Shown piece after piece: positions 11,221 through 20,000 of a stretch of 20,000 nt of DNA; the stretch's first letter is position 1; every line of letters starts with the position of its first letter. Source of the DNA: Sarea resinae (lineage: Eukaryota). The stretch covers positions 48,699 through 68,698 of the forward strand of contig JAPEUD010000101.1 of the NCBI GenBank assembly GCA_026026165.1, written 5' to 3'. Below the pieces are notes generated by a model, which saw only the letters and a program-made list of their open reading frames with translations, did not search any database and was not told the DNA's origin. The position numbers were made by a program, and so were the translations under genes.

Positions 11221-14200
11221 ATGGGTGTTCCCGCGCTGTTTCGTTGGCTCTCGCAGAAGTATCCGAAGATCATCTCGCCAGTCATCGAGGCGCAATCTCA
11301 AGAGATCGACGGCCAGGAAATCCCCGTCGATATTAGTGGTCCTAATCCAAATGGAGAAGAAATGGACAATCTCTATCTCGATATGAACGGGATTGTCCAC
11401 CCTTGCTCGCACCCAGAAGACAGGCCTCCGCCAGCCACTGAGGAAGAGATGATGCTGGAAATATTTAAATATACTGATAGAGTCATCAACATGGTGCGGC
11501 CGAGAAAGATATTGATGATTGCTGTTGGTAGGTCTTCGTTTCTGTTGTCGTCAGCGGTTCATTCAATGTTGTAGGCTCCGAATAGCTTGATCTTCTAGTC
11601 TGCTTATCCAGCACTGACATGATTTTCTTCGTAGATGGCGTTGCTCCAAGAGCTAAGATGAACCAACAACGGTCGCGACGATTCCGTTCCGCTAAGGAAG
11701 CAAAGGAGAAAGACGAAAGCAAAGAGGAATTTTTGAAAATGCTAAAATCCAAAAACGGTAGCTCTGTCGGTGATGATACCACAGAACCCGAGAATAAAAA
11801 GACATGGGACAGCAATGCAATTACTCCCGGCACCCCATTTATGGACATTCTTGCTTCAAGTTTACGATATTGGACTGCTTACAAACTCAACACTGATCCG
11901 GCTTGGGCAAAGGTATGTCTCCTCTGTGGGTCGGTTTGCAAGTCTCAGGCTCACAGGGCTCTAGGTGAAAGTAATCATATCCGATGCCACTGTGCCTGGA
12001 GAAGGGGAGCACAAGATCATGGAGTTTATCCGATCTCAACGTTCCTCTCCTGAACATGACCCGAATACCCGGCATGTCATATATGGACTGGTATGTTAGC
12101 TATGATTTCATCCATGACAAATAAAACGCCCACGCTAAATCTCTCAAAGGACGCCGATCTGATTATGTTGGGTCTCGCAACCCACGAGCCACACTTCAGA
12201 GTTCTACGTGAAGACGTCTTTTTCCAAGAATCGAAAGCGCGTACGTGTCGAATCTGCGGTCAGAAAGGGCATAAGGCAGAAGAGTGCCGAGGTGAAGCAA
12301 AGCAGAAGGACGGAGAGTTCGATGAAAAGGATAAGGCTCATCCTTTGAAACCGTTCATCTGGCTTCACGTCGCCGTACTCCGTGAATATCTTCAAGCAGA
12401 GCTACATGTTCCTCAGCAACCATTCAGATTTGACTTGGAGAGAGCCCTCGATGATTGGGTTTTTATGTGCTTCTTCGTTGGTAATGACTTCTTACCTCAT
12501 CTGCCCAGTCTTGATATCCGAGAAAACGGTATTGACACATTGATCGCAATATGGAGGGACAATCTGCCTGCGATGGGAGGCTACGTCACTAAGGACGGAC
12601 ACGTCGATTTAGAAAGGGCGCAGTTCATTCTTTCTGGACTAGCAAGACAGGAGGATGCCATATTCCGGCGTCGACGTCAAACCGAGGAGCGGAAAGAACG
12701 GAATGCGAAGCGCCGAAAACTCGAAGAGCAACGTAACAACAGCCATCGAAAGTCAGATAACGGTAGCTCCCTTGCTCCTCGAGGTCGCAGAGGTTCCCCA
12801 GACTATGGCACTCCCACCAATAGGAGGAGCTCGGGTGCGCTGGTCAACCCTACGGTAGCGCCGGATATCCCCCTTTTTACCCCTGGAAAAGGAGATATTT
12901 CCAAAGAAGAGAGAATTGTGACCCACGACATGGCTGTCAATCGTGGTGCCATATACAAGGCAAATATGGCTAACAAGAGTGCCGCTCTTGCCTTGAAAAG
13001 TCAGTTGCTAGGGAAAGGCTCACCCGGTGCAGCATCGAATGGCGAAGGAGATGAAATGGGCAAGACTGACGCAGATGTGACTAGTGATTTGGCTAATGGC
13101 GAAGCAAGCTCAACGGATACGCCTTCCTCTCTTGGGAAGAGGAAAGCAGAATTGATGCAGGACGATGATGCTGGTACGCCCGGACGGCAGAGCCCCAATC
13201 CCGGAAATGCCACCAAACCTGACTCGGATGATCTACCCCCCGATACTGTCCGCCTGTGGGAAGACGGCTACGCTGACCGATACTACGAGCAAAAGTTTGG
13301 CGTGGATCCCAAAAATATCGGATTTCGTAATAAGGTGGCCAGGGCTTACGTCGAGGGGCTTGCCTGGGTTCTATTGTACTACTTTCAAGGATGCCCCTCG
13401 TGGACTTGGTATTATCCTTACCATTACGCTCCATTTGCTGCCGATTTTGTGGACATAGATAAGATGAAGATATCTTTTGAGAGGGGAACGCCATTCAAAC
13501 CCTTCGAACAGCTTATGGGTGTGCTTCCTGCAGCGTCTAATCACGCAATCCCTCCTGTATTTCGGGACTTGATGACGGACGAGGACAGCGATATTATTGA
13601 CTTCTACCCGGAAGAATTTCCTGTCGATTTAAATGGGAAGAAATTTGCTTGGCAAGGAGTCGCGTTACTTCCTTTCATCGACGAGAAGAGGCTACTGAAG
13701 GCCATGGCCACCAAATATCCTTTACTATCTGCCGAAGATGCAGCTAGAAATGCAATGGGAAAGGATGTATTGTTAATATCCGAGCGGCATCCCTTGTACG
13801 AAGATATTGCGAAGAATTTCTATTCGAAGAAACAGGGAGCGCCGAAGTACAAGCTCGATTCGAAAATTAGTGAAGGATTGGCCGGGAAGATCGAGAAGAA
13901 TGATGCCTATTTGCCGCAAAGTTCACTGACGTTCCCACTCCCAAACGGTGGAATGCCCGACCTAGAAGACGATCACTCTATCAGGTATGCCTGTCGCTCT
14001 CCTTGCTTTCTTTTGTAATTACTCTGCTTACCATTCAATTTATAGTGTTCATTACGAGATGCCACACTCTTCGCACGTCCATAAATCGATGCTGCTCCGC
14101 GGACTCAAGATGCCCTCCCCAAAACTTGATCGGGCTGACATCGAAGGTACCAAGGGCCGGGCAGGCCGCTCAGGTCGTTCTTTCGGGGGTGCGCCTTTGA

Positions 14201-14613
14201 GGGACTATGGAGAGAGAAATGACCAGAATCGAGGGCCTCCTGTCAACTATTCTGATTCAAGAGCTAATCCTTTTGCTGCTCATCTCAATCCATCGTTCAA
14301 TCCTCAAGGCTTCAATGGAAACCAACTCATACCTCCTCCACCTGGAGCCTTAGCAACTCCAGGTTGGGTTCCACCAATGCCAGATCCTAACAGCTTCTGG
14401 AGAGGCCCGCCGCCTCCACCACCCGGACAAGGCTTTCAGTATGGTTATGGCGGCCCGCCACCGCCGCCGCCAACACAGAGGGATAGTGGTTTGTACGGCA
14501 GGGGTGGCCGTGATAGTCAGTATAACAGTGATTATCGCGGGGGACGAGGGGGTCAATTTCCTCGGGGAAGACCAAATGGGCATCACCATTATGATAGTTA
14601 CGACAGGTACTGA
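11221..14613 (+). CDS. RAT1: Nuclear 5'-3' exoribonuclease 2 (Rat1/Xrn2/Dhp1), 1037 aa
   Basis: Exons 11221-11527, 11635-11912, 11965-12090, 12150-13984, 14046-14613 (3114 nt, in frame). XRN motifs [109 protein letters not shown] knuckle [14 protein letters not shown]. Length and the lack of an Xrn1-type C-terminal extension favour Xrn2. Confidence 0.97.
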
Positions 14614-14699
14614 ACTTATTTGATTGTCGCAGTGGTATAAGTCTAGTGTCTCACTACTTAATAATAAAAAGACTATTGAGCTATTGTACTCTGCCTTAT

Positions 14700-15250
14700 A
14701 CATTTGTGTGTGTATAGTTGTTGTAAGTCATAATTAGCGCCTTCATATTATAGGTAGAGGCTAGTCAAATTATAGGTTATACTGCTGTGCTATATTAATT
14801 GTGATTTTCAAACTTTAGAACTACTATTAGGCTACCTAGTATTCTAATCTTAGGTTTAAGGAAATTATAATATTATTAAATTTAATATAGTACTTACCTA
14901 GGTATAGGTAGGTAGGAAAAGTGCTTATAGACCTATAATTAAGATAACAAGAATGTTATAAGATAGAATACAGAGTAGATTTGACTTTAAATTATTATTA
15001 GACTTACTCAACTATATACAATAAGTAAGAGTAGGTCAATATATAGATAAGCTTAACCTACTACTAGAATATTCTCTTGCTTATAGATTAACACATTTAA
15101 TACATAATATATAATGCAATTATAATATCTGTAGCAGGAAAGACAGCAGATAAATTAGGAGTTAGTAATACATTAGAAATTCCACTATATTATAGAGAGC
15201 TCTAGAGAGTTCTATAAGAATCTATAGAACTCTACCTAAGAACATCGTAG
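14700..15250. mobile_element. AT-rich, RIP-like mutated repeat/transposon relic (family unrecognisable)
   Basis: Abrupt drop in GC and no ORFs. Hand count of 14821-14880: 14 TpA and zero CpA, TpG or CpG, the pattern expected from repeat-induced point mutation. Boundaries are approximate. Confidence 0.75.
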
Positions 15251-15716
15251 CAAATTAAGCTCCAAATCGCAAGCCGTGTGTCTTCCGGCCATCACGCACT
15301 TAAGGAAGGTCTAGAACCCTGGGTAGTGCAGATGAGGTCTAAGGCTGCGGCAGACGGCGTGCAGCTTATCTTATGGGGAGACTTTTCAGGGGCGTTAGTA
15401 GAGGGCGAGGTCACTTTCGCCGCCTCAAAAGTCGGTATCCTCATTCTCTTCATGACCTGGATCAGCATCTTTATCACAGCTTTGCAAGACACGGGTCGCA
15501 TTTGTGATCATGCCTTCCTGTTCTCGAAATTGACGGCTCTCCTAGTCGATGATGGCTTTAATGAATAAATGATTATTGTTTTGCCTCCGGGTCCGGTCTA
15601 TTTGCCGTTGCTGAGTTGGCGGAGATGACGATGATAGCTGCTGTATCTGGAGGATTTGTTCCTGTGGCCTTGTTCATGGAAAGATGTGATTCTGCAGCCA
15701 TCGTTCTTCTACTCTG

Positions 15717-18460
15717 TCATTCTGAACTTGGATCGACTGGCTCATCATCGTGATGGCCCACCCACTCATCAGTAATGTTCTGTCGACTACTGGAGCCAAA
15801 GCCCCATAATCTTTTCGTCTCCCAGAACCACCAAGTCCCGACCGCCTTCGCCTCGATCGTCCACTGGGCAGCGTCCACACCATAAATGGCAGCGACAGAC
15901 GTGCTCAGACCTTCGATTGACCAAGCCTCCAATTTCACATGCTCATCGGCGTTGTTACTCAGATCGGTGAAGCGGAGCATGGCTGTGTGGCACAATGGCA
16001 TGATCAGACGGAATGGGAGGGCGGCGGCGGAAATGGCGAGGAAGGCGCCACCCGGATTTATCAGTGAAACATGCCATGCTTTGCGACCCTTATACGTTGC
16101 CTGGTATTCGCGGACTAGGGACTGGCCCTCGTATTCGCCGAGAAGGTGCTTTGCGACGTTTTGGTCTGCGCTGTCGAGACTGCCGGATGAGACGAGAAGA
16201 TCGAGGATTGTCGGAAGGACGGACATCGTGCTCGCTTGTGCTGTTAAATGGAGTCGAGGCAACAGAGGATGATAGAACACAAGTGGCACCTTGAAGTTAC
16301 TGACGTGGCCACCATTATAGGTCGTGAAGCTAGAATCGTCCTCTCTAAAGGCAAAGCCGCTGCTTGCATTCAGCTTTGTGTCTATCTAAAAGCTCGGGAT
16401 ACTTACTGGTCACCTGTCACAACTACCAAGGTCTCATTTATGGCCCCCGTTTCTTCAAGCATGTCCATGATTTCTGCCAACCACCCATCGCTATATTTGA
16501 CCGTATTCAGATAGTTGTTGAGATCCGAGTGATCTGACCATCCTCTGTTGCCCATATATTCCTGTGACTGAGTCGAGGAAGGTAGCACCCAGGGATGATG
16601 TGTTGAACTCGTCATGTGTGAGAGAAAGAGTCGGCGACCACTATCCCGCGCCTTCACAATGATATCTCGCATGTAAGGCTTAGCCTGAGTTTCCGGATAT
16701 CCGAAATAATGAGCTTCGGCCTCTGTTGGTGGGTAGTGTTTTGACTTTGAGGCTCGTATTTGGGCACGTGCGACACTTTCAGCGAATCCAACCTTGTGGA
16801 TGATGGTCTCTTGATCGTCGTACTGATCCGTCACAGACTGCACAAAAGCTGTACTCCACATCTGCATTAATAGATTTTCAGCACTTTGATTGCCGTTCGA
16901 GTAGTTGGAGCGCTTCTGCAAATTAAACAGTTCCAAGACTTGAGGTAAGCATGGCTGATAGATATCCTGAGTGGCCTCTTTTGCAAAGTCGACCGGCAGA
17001 GAACCTACACCACAGTGGCTAGTAAGAAGATTCTTGAGAGTGTATGTGCTTGAGGTTATGGCAGATTGTACATTCAAGCCTCCCACTGCGTCAGACAGGT
17101 TTTTCCAAGTCCCAAGAGGGAGATCTCGCGCGTTGTCTGTATGATCAAATCCGCTGAACTCTCCAGTTATCAATTCAGACGTGCGAGAGAAGTTGGCCAA
17201 TAATCTATATACGTCAAGATCCTCTGCTGGTTCATGCGACCGCTGGATTACTTCGTGCATGCGGGATGAGTTCTTGAGCGGGAAAACGTCCTTACGTGTG
17301 CTTTCTAAGGTAATAAGTATCACATTCCGAATGGTGACGTCGTGGTTCCCGAACGCCTCTTGCAGCGCCGGAAGTATTGGCGCTTGCGTATTTGGAATAC
17401 GCAAAGGATCCCATCTTGGATTATAGTAAAATGCGTCCGCTGAGTGATTTCTATTGTACCAGCGCTGGAAACCTGGAACTGGTTCGTCTGGCAGCCAATC
17501 CACAGGCTCAAGAGGAGCCTTATGACCTGACGCGAACTCCCAAGGCGCCCATTCTCTGGGACAGCCCTTCGCCTCGTCTAGAACATCTGGTGTTGCGAAA
17601 AGTTCATATGGAAATGGCCTTCGGCCAAGGTCGTCGACCTCGGCACAGAATTCCCCATCGTTGCTGTCCGTGTCCCCAATCAGCGTGAACGGGAGACTTC
17701 CACATAGATGCTCGTACGGCCTGTCGGTTTGCCGAGTGTATACTGCAAGCATAAGGAGATATACAATAACAACTAAAAACCTCCCTCGTAGGGCGTGTCT
17801 AGCTCCGTAGCTGTATTCTGTGATCGTATGCAGAATCGTTCCTGCCTCCATGTTCTCTCCGTGATCAAAAAGGAAGAGAGATAGCTCGCGCCGTTCAAAG
17901 CAGCGGAGTTGACATTTGAAACTCTGAGCCGTAAGCCTAAGGTAATTGCCAATAGCATCATAGACGAATGGCGTGATAGCTCTAGCCACGATAATGAGCA
18001 ATGCGTATACTACAATCAGGCTGAATGTGCCCGACAGCAGAACCTTCATGCCCGCCAGGTCGTCGATGAACTTGCCAGTAGCGCTCCAATCTATCTGGCT
18101 ACTCGTCGTCCAATAAAATGAGATCTCCATGGCAGCTGCGACTGAAGTCACCAATCTGCTAATTGTTAGTCAAAAGAGCATAGATAATACAGGGCGCACC
18201 TCCGTGAGAAGAAAACCTAGAAATGGAGGGTCGAATGTCTTCCATCTCCTACCGCCGCGGGCGAGTAGAAGTCGCCCCAATATCGCAAGCGCAACATCCT
18301 GAAAGAAGAGGAGTGGGAGCAGTACTATCCAATCGAACGGCGACAAGGATCTGACGTGACTTCGAAGATGAAATGCTTTCACTGACAAGCTCGAGACCTG
18401 CAAAAGACTAAAGAGAAAAGGCCTGAGATGTGTCGAAATAACAGACTTTTTCGAAGTCAT
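15717..18460 (-). CDS. Membrane-anchored alkaline-phosphatase-superfamily protein (sulfatase domain, LTA synthase/MdoB-like), ~882 aa if spliced; possibly disabled at intron 1
   Basis: Proposed exons 18460-18204, 18155-16407, 16359-15717. Intron 2 (16406-16360) is canonical GTAAGT...GCTGAA...CAG and rebuilds TGDHG. N-terminal hydrophobic segments are followed by NVILITLESTRKD, SSTYTLK, HMTSSTHHPW, YLNTVKYSDGWL, LVVVTGDHG and SVLPTILDLL. Intron 1 keeps frame only with donor GGAGGT at 18203. Confidence 0.8.
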
Positions 18461-18829
18461 TTGCGGTAGGTTGCGAATATGCCTTTGAAGGCTATTCCTT
18501 CACTTTTAAGAGGGTAGGACCTACCGCAGAGACGATGCAGGAAGATTGAACGAGATCAATTTCAAAGCCAAAACTATTGCCAATGGACGACACGTCCAAA
18601 CCTCTGAGTGGCCCACGGTGGGTAATATAAAGTCCAACACCGCCTGCCTTAATTTCCGCCTGCGTACATTCCACCCGTTTTGTCTCGCGCTCCATTCTCC
18701 AACAATTTTGACGCGTTAGGATACCGTACACGGTTTATGTAGTGGGGTTGTTCCGTGTTCAAGGGAAAAAGAGTATCTCCTTGGCTGGCGAGGCTAACCT
18801 ACGTACATCAGCAAATATAGGAATCTGCT

Positions 18830-20000
18830 TCTGATAGCTTGAAGCTCAGAAGATAAATAGCCTCTAGTGGAGTCGCTTAGGTACCTATTCTATAGAATAC
18901 GTACTATCTCTCTAGCTAGCAAGGTGTTGAAATATTTAGCTATATAGCTATCTAGATATCTACTCTACTAACTAGCTAGATTACACCGCTGTTATATATC
19001 TAGATATAAGGCATTTAAATGCATAATTCTGCTGCATAATTTAGGAGAAATCGCTAATTATAATAAGCAATAACTAGGTTATCTTTATAGATACTTAAGT
19101 GCCTCTAAAGAGGTTTCTATAACTACTATAGTAGTTTAAGACTGTGTTATAACAGTATTAATAGGTAGTTCTAAGACCTTTTATAGGTGTCTAATACTTT
19201 CTCTAGATCTAGGTGTTAAGACTACTATTCTTAAACTTTTATAATAGTGTTAAACTTTTTCTAGGTTTTTAAACCTCTACTACTATTATAGAGCAGAATA
19301 GTTAGATATCTATAAGGATTAGTCAGCATAGTCTAGAGGCAGGATATAGTAGATACATAGGCAGTCTTTTAGGTTTTCTTTCTTCTATCTTATATTCTTA
19401 CTTTATATATGTTCTTAATCTTTTAACAGTTCTTTTATATAGTAGAGCAAGCTAATACAAGATATAAGCCTTATTTAAGATGCAAACTCGCTGAGTGCAC
19501 TCTAAAGTGATTCTAAGTCATTAACAATAGCAATTATAGAAGAACTCTAAGACAACCTAACCTTACAGCACTAATCTAGTGCAACTATTATACTCTCTCA
19601 CACTACTATATATAGGTTTAACACCTACACTATTACAACACAGTCTTAACACTATAACAAAGTATTAGACACCTATAGAATGTCTTAACACCTATAGTAG
19701 AAGGTGATAGAATGTTTAATGATTAGTACTATAAGGTTCTGCAACTAGTAGGAAGTCTAGTAGGTGAAAATTAAAAAACTTTTAAGACGTTTGACGATTT
19801 TTGCAAATATTATATAAGTGATTACGTAATAGTAGTCCCTAGGCAGTTATATAGCTTTTAGCTATATAATTTAATGTTATAAGGTAGCACAAAGATATAA
19901 GTGGAGGAAGGTGCTAAAGAAGTATAGTATAGAATGATTGTGTATTTTGAACTTAGAGATTCTAGCTATAGAGGTGTAAGGCAGTCAATATATAGACTTG
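18830..20000. mobile_element. AT-rich, RIP-like mutated repeat/transposon relic running off the window end
   Basis: No ORF in the track, dense TAG/TAA/CTA/TTA, strong TpA excess and CpG/CpA/TpG depletion. Left boundary is approximate. Confidence 0.8.
19121..19700. repeat. Two inverted clusters of a short motif (consensus ~GTCTTAACACCTA), ~340 bp apart
   Basis: Exact reverse-complement pairs: 19182-19200 with 19659-19677 (19 bp, AAAGTATTAGACACCTATA), 19136-19148 with 19637-19649 (13 bp) and 19210-19222 with 19682-19694 (13 bp). Confidence 0.75.

Noticed and set aside
11528..11634. RAT1 intron 1 (107 nt) as a stwintron or snoRNA host
   Set aside because: Removing an internal intron does not regenerate a good donor in the right phase, and I found no convincing C/D or H/ACA box arrangement.
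12244..12290. CCHC zinc knuckle as a retroelement Gag fragment
   Set aside because: It is an in-frame, known feature of many Xrn2 proteins.
15278..15568. 96-aa plus-strand ORF
   Set aside because: GTG start, abuts RIP-like DNA, no recognisable family.
19121..19700. Repeated motifs as a CRISPR array or telomeric repeat
   Set aside because: Eukaryotic context, irregular spacing, inverted degenerate units, no cas genes and no TTAGGG-type tandem array.

Overview
Eukaryotic DNA from a filamentous ascomycete (Pezizomycotina), judged from short GT-AG introns with CTRAC/CTAAY branch sites and RIP-like AT-rich blocks. A housekeeping core carries four genes. SFI1 (-, 2 exons, 1033 aa) is divergent from a 59-aa, 3-exon twin-CX9C gene (NDUFAF8-like, absent from the ORF track). 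USO1/p115 (-, 6 exons, 939 aa) is divergent from RAT1/XRN2 (+, 5 exons, 1037 aa). Right of RAT1 the window turns accessory: a TpA-rich RIP-like block (~14700-15250), a membrane-anchored LtaS/sulfatase-fold gene (-) whose first intron keeps frame only with a non-canonical GG donor, and a second RIP-like block (~18830-20000) holding two inverted clusters of a short repeated motif. The first ~900 bp look like a decayed gene. Exon structures were derived by hand. I see no clearly new multi-gene system. The best leads are the LtaS-like island with its odd splice donor, the inverted motif clusters and the hidden microprotein.
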